From positions 1-61,260 of the forward strand of contig CANROZ010000001.1 in the NCBI GenBank assembly GCA_947632365.1: 61,260 nt of DNA, read 5' to 3'. The notes under the pieces are model-generated. The model was not told the DNA's origin. It saw only the letters and a list, made by a program, of their open reading frames with translations, and did no database searches. The translations under genes and the position numbers were made by a program. Shown here piece by piece: positions 26,714-34,756 of the stretch. This stretch comes from an uncultured Oscillospiraceae bacterium (GTDB taxonomy: Bacteria > Bacillota > Clostridia > Oscillospirales > Oscillospiraceae). Each line of letters starts with the position of its first letter. Positions within the stretch are counted from its first letter, which is position 1.

Positions 26714-27682
26714 TCAGGCCTTTCCGCTGCAGCCCAGCACGTCCACCAGCTTATGGCGCACCAGCTCCTTGATGTTGGCGCGGGCGGGCTTCAGATACTC
26801 GCGGGGATCGAACTTGTCAGGGTGCTCGTCGAAAAACTGACGGATGGTCCCGGTCATGGCCAGGCGAAGGTCGGAGTCGATGTTGATTTTGCACACGCTC
26901 ATAGTGGCGGCCTTGCGCAGCTGCTCCTCGGGGATGCCCACTGCGTCGGGCATCTTGCCGCCGTGCTCGTTGATCATCTTCACATATTCCTGGGGCACGG
27001 AGGAAGAGCCGTGCAGCACGATGGGGAATCCGGGCAGGCGCTTGGAGACCTCCTCCAGCACGTCGAAACGCAGCGGGGGCGGCACCAGGATGCCCTTCTC
27101 GTTGCGGGTGCACTGGGCGGCGGTGAACTTGTAGGCGCCGTGGCTGGTGCCGATGGCGATGGCCAGGCTGTCGCATCCGGTCTTGGTGACGAACTCCTCC
27201 ACCTCTTCAGGACGAGTGTAGGAGGAATCCTCAGCGGACACCTTCACGTCGTCCTCCACACCGGCCAGGGTGCCCAGCTCGGCCTCCACCACCACGCCGT
27301 GGTCGTGGGCGTACTCCACCACCTTGCGGGTGATCTCGATGTTCTTCTCGAATGCCTCGCCGGAGGCGTCGATCATGACGGAGGTAAAGCCGCCGTCGAT
27401 GCAGCTCTTGCAGGTCTCGAAGTCGGGACCGTGGTCCAGATGCAGCACCACGGGGATGTCGGGGCACTCCGCCACAGCGGCCTCCACCAGCTTCACCAGA
27501 TAGGTGTGGTTGGCATAGGCCCGGGCGCCCTTGGACACCTGCAGGATCACGGGAGCGTGCTCCTCGCGGCAGGCCTCGGTGATGCCCTGGACGATCTCCA
27601 TGTTGTTGACGTTGAAAGCGCCGATGGCGTAACCGCCGTCGTAGGCTTTCTTGAACATTTCAGTGGAAGTTACTAAAGGCAT
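26714..27682 (-). CDS. fba: class II fructose-1,6-bisphosphate aldolase
   Basis: 322 aa with YAIGAFNVNN, LHLDHG and GTSHGAYKF. Confidence 0.96.
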   Translation of the reverse strand: MPLVTSTEMFKKAYDGGYAIGAFNVNNMEIVQGITEACREEHAPVILQVSKGARAYANHTYLVKLVEAAVAECPDIPVVLHLDHGPDFETCKSCIDGGFTSVMIDASGEAFEKNIEITRKVVEYAHDHGVVVEAELGTLAGVEDDVKVSAEDSSYTRPEEVEEFVTKTGCDSLAIAIGTSHGAYKFTAAQCTRNEKGILVPPPLRFDVLEEVSKRLPGFPIVLHGSSSVPQEYVKMINEHGGKMPDAVGIPEEQLRKAATMSVCKINIDSDLRLAMTGTIRQFFDEHPDKFDPREYLKPARANIKELVRHKLVDVLGCSGKA

Positions 27683-27717
27683 GGTAAAACGCTCCTTTAC
27701 AATATTTTTCCATGGTC

Positions 27718-27746
27718 TTTATTTTACCGCAGATTCGTGGTATAAT
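27718..27746 (+). promoter_or_regulatory. extended -10 promoter of the pfk gene
   Basis: TTTATT, 17-nt spacer, TGgTATAAT. SD GGAGGA lies before ATG 27781. Confidence 0.45.
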
Positions 27747-27780
27747 CAACAAAAACATTTTATTTTGGAGGATAAAAACC

Positions 27781-29022
27781 ATGGCTGAAAAACTTGTGGG
27801 CGCCTGTGTCATCGGACAGTCCGGCGGCCCGACCTCTGTCATCAACGCCAGCGCCTACGGCGCCATCTCCGCCGCTCTGGAGGCGGAGGAGATCACCCAG
27901 GTACTGGGCGCCGATCACGGCATCACGGGCGTGCTGGGTGATAAGCTCTACGACATGGGCAAAGAGGACCCCTCGGAGCTGGCTTATCTGAAGAACACCC
28001 CCGCCTCCGAGCTGGGTTCCTGCCGCTATAAGCTGGCCGCCCCCGAAAAGGACGACACCGACTATAAGCGCATCCTGGAGGTGTTCAAAAAGCACAACGT
28101 GCGCTATTTTTTCTATAACGGCGGCAACGACTCCATGGACACCTGCGACAAGATCAGCCGCTTCATGTCCAAGTCCGGCTGGGACTGCCGTGTGATGGGC
28201 ATCCCCAAGACCATCGACAACGACCTGTGGGGCACCGACCACTGCCCCGGCTTTGCCTCCGCGGCCAAGTATATCGCCACCAGCGCCATGGAGGTCTCCA
28301 AGGATGGGCGGGTCTACCCCACCGGACAGGTGACTATCATGGAGATCATGGGCCGTCACGCTGGCTGGCTGGCCGCCTCCGCCGCCCTGGCCACCCACTT
28401 CGGCGCGGGCCCCGACTTGGTGTACCTGCCGGAGCTGGATTTCGATCAGGAGGCGTTCCTGAACGACGTGGAGCGGGTCTACAAGGAAAAGGGCACCTGC
28501 CTGGTGGCTGTGTCCGAGGGCCTGCACTACGCCGACGGCACCTTCGTGTCCGAGGCCAAGACCAGTTCCACCGACGGCTTCGGCCACGCCCAGCTGGGCG
28601 GTCTGGCCGCCCGTCTGGCCGAGATGGTCAAGGCCCGCACTGGGGCCAAGGTCCGCCCCATCGAGCTGAGCCTGCTGCAGCGCTGTGGCGCCCATCTGGC
28701 CTCCAAGACCGATGTGGAGGAGGCGGAGCTGGCGGGCCGCGTGGCCGTCCAGTCTGCTGTTGCCGGAGAGACCGGAAAGATGGTGGCCTTTGAGCGCGCC
28801 ACCGACGAGAAGGGCAATTACGTCTGCAAGACCATCCTGCTGCCCCTCACCTCCGTCGCCAATGCGGAGAAGAAGGTGCCCATGGAGTGGATCACCCCGG
28901 AGCACAACTTTGTCACCAAGGACTTCATCGACTATCTGCTGCCCCTCATCCAGGGCGAGCCGGAGCGCCCCACCGAGTGCTCCATGCCCCGTTATGCCCG
29001 GCTGAAGAAGGTCCAGGCGTAA
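27781..29022 (+). CDS. 6-phosphofructokinase family enzyme (ATP- or PPi-dependent, 413 aa long form)
   Basis: IGQSGGPTSVINAS, GGNDSMDT, PKTIDND, MGRHAGWLA. Start refined to ATG 27781. Confidence 0.9.
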   Translation: MAEKLVGACVIGQSGGPTSVINASAYGAISAALEAEEITQVLGADHGITGVLGDKLYDMGKEDPSELAYLKNTPASELGSCRYKLAAPEKDDTDYKRILEVFKKHNVRYFFYNGGNDSMDTCDKISRFMSKSGWDCRVMGIPKTIDNDLWGTDHCPGFASAAKYIATSAMEVSKDGRVYPTGQVTIMEIMGRHAGWLAASAALATHFGAGPDLVYLPELDFDQEAFLNDVERVYKEKGTCLVAVSEGLHYADGTFVSEAKTSSTDGFGHAQLGGLAARLAEMVKARTGAKVRPIELSLLQRCGAHLASKTDVEEAELAGRVAVQSAVAGETGKMVAFERATDEKGNYVCKTILLPLTSVANAEKKVPMEWITPEHNFVTKDFIDYLLPLIQGEPERPTECSMPRYARLKKVQA

Positions 29023-29053
29023 GCGCGATAGGTCGAGCGCAATAACATCAATC

Positions 29054-29097
29054 TCCCCCTTTGCATAGTATGGAACGCAAAGGGGGAAATTTTTTTT
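29054..29097 (+). terminator. intrinsic terminator of pfk, overlapping the cotJ SD and start codon
   Basis: 11-bp stem TCCCCCTTTGC/GCAAAGGGGGA, 12-nt loop, then T8. Confidence 0.8.
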
Positions 29098-29539
29098 GCA
29101 GAACAACGATTCCTGTACCTTTAAAGAGGGGCCTCTCCCCTCCTGCGCGCCGCTGGCCGTGCCTATGCTGGCCGCCCAGCCGTGCAGTGAACCCGCCTAT
29201 GACAGCGCCGACGCCCTGGCCAAGGGCACGCTGTTCCCCGGCCTGGACTTGCCCTTTATGGACTATGTGGCCCGGGGTCCCGTGGAGAACACGCCGCTGG
29301 CGGAGCTGATGGCCCTGGACTTCGTGTGCCAGGAGCTGGCGCTGTATCTGGATACACATCCCAGCGATAAGGACGCCTTCAAGACATGGAAGAGCTTCGC
29401 TGCTCTGGCCAAAGAGGGTCGCAAGCGCTATGTGGAGATGTGCGGGCCCGTGGAGCGTGCCGACACGGCAAAATTCGATTCCTGGGTGTGGCCGGAAGAT
29501 CCCTGGCCCTGGAACGGCGGAAAGGCGGGTAAGAAATAA
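29096..29539 (+). CDS. spore coat protein, apparent CotJA-CotJB fusion
   Basis: N-terminal part is CotJA-like (ALAKGTLFPGLDLPF). C-terminal part is CotJB-like (ELALYLDTHPSD...WVWPEDPWPW). TTG start is 8 nt after AGGGGGA. Confidence 0.75.
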   Translation: MQNNDSCTFKEGPLPSCAPLAVPMLAAQPCSEPAYDSADALAKGTLFPGLDLPFMDYVARGPVENTPLAELMALDFVCQELALYLDTHPSDKDAFKTWKSFAALAKEGRKRYVEMCGPVERADTAKFDSWVWPEDPWPWNGGKAGKK

Positions 29540-30141
29540 TGTTCGTATATGAGAAGAAATTGCAGTATCCCGTGCGGATCAAGACACCTAACCCCGCCAT
29601 GGCGAAGTATATCATTTCCCAGTATGGCGGTCCAGACGGTGAACTCTCCGCCTCTCTGCGGTACCTGAGCCAGCGGTATTCCATGCCCTACGAGCAGGTC
29701 AAGGCCGTTCTGACAGACATTGGCGTGGAAGAACTGGCCCACCTGGAGATCGTGGGCACCGTCATCCACCAGCTGACCCGGAACATGACCGTGGACCAGG
29801 TGGAGAAGGCCGGATTCCAGGACTACTTCGTGGATCACACCGCCGGGATATATGCCCAGGCGGCTGGCGGCTGGCCCTACAGCGCGGCCACCTTCCAGGT
29901 CAAGGGAGACGTGATCGCGGACCTGGCCGAGGACATGGGCGCCGAGCAGAAGGCACGGGTGACCTACGACAACATCCTGCGCATGGCGGACGACCCGGAC
30001 GTGATCGATGTGATGCGCTTCCTGCGGGAGCGCGAGGTGGTCCACTTCCAGCGGTTCGGCGAGGCTATGGGCATCGCCACCAGCAAGATGGACCAGCGCA
30101 ATGTGTATGCCGTCAACCCGTCGTTCGACAAGATGAAATAA
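29539..30141 (+). CDS. cotJC: spore coat protein CotJC (manganese-catalase family)
   Basis: MFVYEKKLQYPVRIKTPNPAMAKYIISQYGGPDGELSASLRYLSQRY. Confidence 0.93.
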   Translation: MFVYEKKLQYPVRIKTPNPAMAKYIISQYGGPDGELSASLRYLSQRYSMPYEQVKAVLTDIGVEELAHLEIVGTVIHQLTRNMTVDQVEKAGFQDYFVDHTAGIYAQAAGGWPYSAATFQVKGDVIADLAEDMGAEQKARVTYDNILRMADDPDVIDVMRFLREREVVHFQRFGEAMGIATSKMDQRNVYAVNPSFDKMK

Positions 30142-30156
30142 CCAAACCCCAGCACA

Positions 30157-30184
30157 AGACCCGGCCGCCTGGCCGGGTCTTTTT
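30157..30184 (+). terminator. intrinsic terminator after cotJC
   Basis: AGACCCGGCC-GCCT-GGCCGGGTCT followed by TTTT. Confidence 0.85.
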
Positions 30185-30234
30185 GCAGAGCAACCCTACC
30201 CTTTCAGCTTCTTTCTGTGGTCTGAGAAAATTGC

Positions 30235-30263
30235 TTGCATGATGTTTCTCTTTGAGGTAAAAT
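30235..30263 (+). promoter_or_regulatory. sigma-A type promoter of the repeat-protein gene
   Basis: TTGCAT, 17-nt spacer, TAAAAT. Confidence 0.45.
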
Positions 30264-30356
30264 GAATATAGCGAAAGGCCTTACAATCAACGTTGGATGA
30301 AAACAGCAGATCAGCCCATGGATACAGGTCGAGGATATCACATAAGGAGAAACCAC

Positions 30357-30737
30357 ATGCTGGACGAACAAGACTTACAAGCCATTAAAGAGCTGATAGA
30401 GGCTTCGGAGAATCGCACCCTTGCGCGCACAGAAGAGTTGATAGCGGCATCGGAGAATCGTACCCTTGCACACACAAAAGAGCTGATAGCGGCATCGGAG
30501 AATCGTACCCTTGCACACACAAAAGAGCTGATAGCGGCATCGGAGAATCGCACCCACGCGTACATTGAGGGGGCTGTTATTCCCCAGCTTCAGATATTAG
30601 CGGAAGGACAGCAGACACTTCTGGAGACTCTGGCGCCTAAAAGCCGCGTAGAGGCTTTGGAAGATGAGGTTGTATTCATCAAGTCTGTGATGAAGGCCAT
30701 GAGCCAGGAGATCGCCGAACTGAAAAAGGCCCAATAA
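30357..30737 (+). CDS. hypothetical coiled-coil protein with 15-aa tandem repeats
   Basis: SD AAGGAG lies 8 nt before ATG 30357. MLDEQDLQAIKELIE, then (ELIAASENRTLAHTK)n, then ...EIAELKKAQ. Start refined from track ORF 30297. Confidence 0.7.
   Translation: MLDEQDLQAIKELIEASENRTLARTEELIAASENRTLAHTKELIAASENRTLAHTKELIAASENRTHAYIEGAVIPQLQILAEGQQTLLETLAPKSRVEALEDEVVFIKSVMKAMSQEIAELKKAQ
30390..30569 (+). repeat. 4 x 45-bp in-frame tandem repeat
   Basis: Units at 30390, 30435, 30480 and 30525. The two central units differ at one nucleotide; the outer units have diverged. Confidence 0.95.
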
Positions 30738-30768
30738 CCAGTCACATAGGAAGTCAGAACTTCAGCAA

Positions 30769-30797
30769 AAGACCCGGCCGGGCGGCCGGGTCTTTTT
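30769..30797 (+). terminator. intrinsic terminator, near-duplicate of the one at 30157-30184
   Basis: AAGACCCGGCC-GGGC-GGCCGGGTC followed by TTTTT. Confidence 0.85.
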
Positions 30798-30965
30798 GTC
30801 ATTGGCTTCGGAAACCACTGGCTTTGCCAGTGGAGGCGTCTCGCAAAAAGCTTTAGCTGCAAGCATCGAGCGAAGCGAGCTACAAGTAAAAACTTAATCA
30901 ACGAGAGCACTAACGGGAAAAGGGATCGCCCGTTTACGGGCTGTGGGGCAAGTGATGCAAGAGGC

Positions 30966-31018
30966 AAAATTTCGATGCGTCTTGAGACGCCTGCCGATCC
31001 CAGGCCCTTCTAGGGCCT
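30966..31018 (-). terminator. two small hairpins downstream of ligA (probable terminator region)
   Basis: Minus strand reads AGGCCC-TAGAA-GGGCCT, then GCGTC-TCAA-GACGC followed by ATCGAAATTTT. Confidence 0.35.
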
Positions 31019-31020
31019 AT

Positions 31021-33027
31021 TCAAGCCTCCGGCTTCGCCGGAGGTTTTGACTGGATCATCTTTTCAAAATCCTCTTCCGAGAGGATCGGCACCTCCAGGC
31101 TCTCCGCCTTGGTGAGCTTGGAGCCGGGGTTGGCGCCCGCCAGCACGTAGGAAGTCTTTTGGGACACGGAGCCGGAGGCCTTGCCGCCGAAGCGCTCGAT
31201 GATCTCCTCCGCCTCCGCGCGGGTATAGTGCTCCAGCGTCCCGGTGAGGACGAATGTCTTTCCTGCAAAGCGGTCGTCCGCGATCTCCTCCCGGCTCTCA
31301 AAGGAGACGCCCGCCTCCCGCAGCCGCCGGATCAGGTCCTGGCTCTGGTCCGCGGCGAACCAATCCGTGAGATACTTGGCCGTGATGGGCCCCACGTCGT
31401 CGATGACAGTGAGCTGCTCCTCCGTGGCGGCCATGAGCTCGTCCAGGGTGGAAAAGTGCCGTGCCAGCACCTTAGCGGCCTTGCTGCCCACTTGCCGGAT
31501 GCCGAAGGCGCATAGGAGCCGGGCCAACCCCCGCTGTTTGCTCTGCTCCAGGTTAGCAATGAGTTTCTCGGCGGACTTCTTTCCCATCCGATCTACCGGG
31601 CCAACAAGGGATTTGACCTCCAGATAATAGAGCTCTGCAGGAGTCCTGATGAGTCCTGCCTTATCCAGGGCCTCCACCACGGCCGGGCCAAGACCGTCGA
31701 TGTCCATGGCGTCCTTGGAGGCGAAGTGGACGATGCTACGAAGCCGCTGGGCGGGACACTCCGCGCCTGTGCAGCGGATCGCGGCGCCATCCTCGTCCCG
31801 GACCACCGGGGCTCCACAAGCGGGACAGATATCGGGGAAGCGGAACGCGCCGCTGCTCTCCTTTTTTACGACCTCCAGCACCTCGGGGATGATCTCCCCT
31901 GCCTTTTGGACGAGCACCGTGTCCCCCACGTTCACACCCATGTTCTCGATGAAGTCCTGGTTGTGGAGCGTGGCGTTGGTAACGGTGGTCCCGGCCAGCC
32001 GGATGGGCTCGATGACCGCCTTCGGGGTGAGCACCCCAGTGCGGCCCACTTGGATGAGGATATCCACCACGCGGCTGGGCTTTTTCTCCGGCGGATATTT
32101 ATAGGCCACGGCCCAGCGGGGGTACTTGGCAGTGCTGCCCAGCATCTCACGCTGGGAAAGGCCGTTGAGCTTCACCACCGCGCCGTCGATGTCAAAGGGA
32201 TAGCCCTCCCGGCCCTCGCCGATGGCGGTGATGGTGTCGGTGCACTCCTTCGGGGTCTTGCAGAGGGTATGGGCCACCACGGGAAAGCCCATGGCCTCCA
32301 GCGCCTCCAATGTCTCATAATGGGTGGAATAGCTCGCGCCCTCGGCCAGCTGGATGTTGAAGCAGATGATATCCAGCATCCGCTGGGCGCAAACAGTCGG
32401 GTCCTGCTGGCGAAGGGAGCCGGCGGCGGCGTTGCGGGGGTTGGCCAGCGGCGGCTGGCCCTCGATCTCCCGGCGGGCGTTGATGGTCTGGAACGTCTCA
32501 TGGGACATATATACCTCGCCCCGGACGATGATGCGCCTGGGGGCGTTTTTCAGCTTTTTGGGCAGGCTGCGCACAGTGCGGAGATTCTCCGTCACGTCCT
32601 CCCCCACCTCGCCGTTGCCACGGGTGGCGCCCCGGAAGAACACCCCGTCCCGGTACTCCACCGCCACGGAAAGACCGTCGATCTTCGGCTCGGTCACATA
32701 GTCGTGGGGCTGGGACAGAGCGCCGTCCATCTTCTCCACAAAGGCGGAGACCTCCTCAAAGGAGAACACGTCCTGTAAACTCTCCAGCGGCACCTCGTGA
32801 GACACCGGGGCGAAGGCCTCGCTCACGTGCCCGCCCACATGCTGGGTGGGCGAATCGGGCCGTATCCACTCCGGATGCTCCGCCTCCATCCGCTTGAGCT
32901 CGTTGTTCATCCGGTCGTACTCAAAATCGGAGACCAAGGGCGCGTCGTTGTCATAGTAGGCCACGGACAGCGCCAGCAGCTTCTCTACCAGCGCATTGTA
33001 GCCTTCGATCGTATAGTCCATGTTCAT
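31021..33027 (-). CDS. ligA: NAD-dependent DNA ligase LigA
   Basis: 668 aa with adenylation motif EPKIDGLSV, a Zn finger (CPACGAPV...C..AECPAQ), and HhH and BRCT regions. Confidence 0.97.
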   Translation of the reverse strand: MNMDYTIEGYNALVEKLLALSVAYYDNDAPLVSDFEYDRMNNELKRMEAEHPEWIRPDSPTQHVGGHVSEAFAPVSHEVPLESLQDVFSFEEVSAFVEKMDGALSQPHDYVTEPKIDGLSVAVEYRDGVFFRGATRGNGEVGEDVTENLRTVRSLPKKLKNAPRRIIVRGEVYMSHETFQTINARREIEGQPPLANPRNAAAGSLRQQDPTVCAQRMLDIICFNIQLAEGASYSTHYETLEALEAMGFPVVAHTLCKTPKECTDTITAIGEGREGYPFDIDGAVVKLNGLSQREMLGSTAKYPRWAVAYKYPPEKKPSRVVDILIQVGRTGVLTPKAVIEPIRLAGTTVTNATLHNQDFIENMGVNVGDTVLVQKAGEIIPEVLEVVKKESSGAFRFPDICPACGAPVVRDEDGAAIRCTGAECPAQRLRSIVHFASKDAMDIDGLGPAVVEALDKAGLIRTPAELYYLEVKSLVGPVDRMGKKSAEKLIANLEQSKQRGLARLLCAFGIRQVGSKAAKVLARHFSTLDELMAATEEQLTVIDDVGPITAKYLTDWFAADQSQDLIRRLREAGVSFESREEIADDRFAGKTFVLTGTLEHYTRAEAEEIIERFGGKASGSVSQKTSYVLAGANPGSKLTKAESLEVPILSEEDFEKMIQSKPPAKPEA

Positions 33028-33692
33028 CTCTCCCAGTTCATGAAGCTCTCTGGCACTTGTCCCACGATGACGGTCTCCGAGACCAGTATCTCTGTCTGCA
33101 CCGATGTGTCCATCCCCTGCCAGGGCAGCAAAAACGAAAGCTGCACGTCCAGATCCAGAAAGAGCTGATGGCGGGTCTGATTGATGCCCGCAGCGGTCAG
33201 CTCGCTGCGATAGCTGGCGGTGCTGGAGGACAGCATGGTCACATGCACGGTGATAGACGGGCCACGGTTCATGAGCAGCGTGCTCCCCAAAAGATTCGCC
33301 AGCGGTATCTCCACCGTCAGCGGCTCCTCCTCTGTCTGTCGGATGGTCCGGGACAGCACCTCCGCGGCCAGGCGGTTCACCGCCGCCACATTGGCGTTGG
33401 CGGCGGTGATATTCCCCTGGGCATCACGCTCCAGCTCCACCAGCCGCTCGCCATCAGTCTGGGCCTGGGCCATCACGTCCTTCACGATGTCGTTGACCGT
33501 GGTGATCACCTGGTCCCGGGCGGCGGAGGCGGCGTATTCCGCCACCATCCCCCGCAGGACCGTCCCGGAGACGACACAGCACAGCGCCGCCAGGGCCGCT
33601 ATGAGAAGCAGCAGCGTCATATGGGCGGCGCGGCGGGCGTATGGGTCCAGCAGGGCCCGTTTCGGCCAGCGTCTTGGCGGCATAAGGCTCAC
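33024..33692 (-). CDS. yunB: sporulation protein YunB
   Basis: N-terminal TM and ...GINQTRHQLFLDLDVQL...VSETVIVGQVPESF. ATGA overlap with ligA. Confidence 0.85.
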   Translation of the reverse strand: MSLMPPRRWPKRALLDPYARRAAHMTLLLLIAALAALCCVVSGTVLRGMVAEYAASAARDQVITTVNDIVKDVMAQAQTDGERLVELERDAQGNITAANANVAAVNRLAAEVLSRTIRQTEEEPLTVEIPLANLLGSTLLMNRGPSITVHVTMLSSSTASYRSELTAAGINQTRHQLFLDLDVQLSFLLPWQGMDTSVQTEILVSETVIVGQVPESFMNWER

Positions 33693-33732
33693 CCCCTATG
33701 CCAGCATATGCAGGACGCGGCCAGTTATGACA

Positions 33733-34755
33733 TTATTTCGCCATTTCCTCCAAAAAGAGACGGGCCAGTTTGTACTGATCCTCGCACTCCTGCACTGTGG
33801 CCACACTGGAGGGCGAATGGATGTTCCGCACGGGAACGGATACGGCCGCCACAGCCACGCCGGACCCGGAGCGCTGGATGGCGGAACCGTCCGTGCCTCC
33901 GGCGATCCTGGTCTTGCTCTGCCAGGGGATATCGTTTTCCTCCGCTATACGCTGCAGCAGCGCACAGAGGTCCTTGTTATAGATGGTCCCCCGGTCCATG
34001 AAGGGGATGACCACGCCCTTTCCCAGGCGGCACACCGGATCGGCGCCCTTTCCGGCAGGGATGTCCGCGGCGGTAGTGGTCTCCAGCACCAGCGACACGT
34101 CCGGGCAGACGCTGCGGGCGGCGATGGTGGCACCCCGGGTGCCCACCTCCTCCTGCACGGTGAAGGCGAACCAACAGTCGCAGGGAAGCTCGCTCTCCAA
34201 AAGCTCCACCATGGCGGCGCATCCGGTCCTGTCGTCCAAGGCCTTGGCCTTGATAAATCCGTCCCCAAAGCGGACCACCGTGTCGTCAAAGGCAATCAGG
34301 TCGCCGATGTGGACGCTCTTTTCCGCCTCCTCACGGCTCTCCGCGCCGATATCGATATACATATCCTTGACAGCGGGCAGCTTTTTGCGCTGCTCGGTGG
34401 TGGTCAGATGAAAGGCCTTGGAGCCAACCACGCCCAGCACACGCTCCGGGCCCACACAGACCTGCTTGCCCAGCAGCACCCGGCGGTCCAAACCTCCGGC
34501 CTCCGCAAAGCGGAGATAGCCCTCGGCGGTGATATTGGTCACGATCAGGCCCACCTCGTCCATGTGAGCGGCCAGCATGAGCCGCTTTTCCGGGGCCTTG
34601 GCGCCTTTTTTAAAGACCATCAGGTTCCCCATGGGGTCCGTCATGATCTCGTCGGCACAGGGCATGACCCGCTCCAGGATATAATCTCTTACCTCGTCCT
34701 CGCCGCCGCAGACGCCGTCCAGGCAGCACAGGGTCTCAATGGTATCCAGCAGCAT
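33733..34755 (-). CDS. M42 family metallopeptidase (aminopeptidase/endoglucanase-like)
   Basis: GVCGGEDEVRDYI, AHMDEVGLIV, FTVQEEVGTRGA. Start refined to the ATG preceded by GGAGGTG. Confidence 0.9.
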   Translation of the reverse strand: MLLDTIETLCCLDGVCGGEDEVRDYILERVMPCADEIMTDPMGNLMVFKKGAKAPEKRLMLAAHMDEVGLIVTNITAEGYLRFAEAGGLDRRVLLGKQVCVGPERVLGVVGSKAFHLTTTEQRKKLPAVKDMYIDIGAESREEAEKSVHIGDLIAFDDTVVRFGDGFIKAKALDDRTGCAAMVELLESELPCDCWFAFTVQEEVGTRGATIAARSVCPDVSLVLETTTAADIPAGKGADPVCRLGKGVVIPFMDRGTIYNKDLCALLQRIAEENDIPWQSKTRIAGGTDGSAIQRSGSGVAVAAVSVPVRNIHSPSSVATVQECEDQYKLARLFLEEMAK

Positions 34756-34756
34756 C

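Noticed and set aside
25193-27676. 827-aa ORF on the + strand opposite the ATPase-like gene and fba
   Set aside because: It is antisense to two recognisable genes, with a His/Gly/Asp/Leu-rich product and no domain signature.
30390-30569. The 45-bp repeats as a possible CRISPR array
   Set aside because: The units are contiguous with no spacers, are in frame within an ORF encoding a 15-aa peptide repeat, and no cas genes are nearby.
30590-30967. 125-aa ORF on the - strand
   Set aside because: It overlaps the 3' end of the repeat-protein gene in antisense and crosses a terminator. It has no SD and no recognisable product.
30831-30995. 6S-RNA-like reading of the long-range inverted repeat
   Set aside because: Beyond the 9-bp closing helix and one 7-bp helix I could not build the extended, bulged rod typical of 6S RNA. 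The idea is kept only as a generic unassigned region in the findings.
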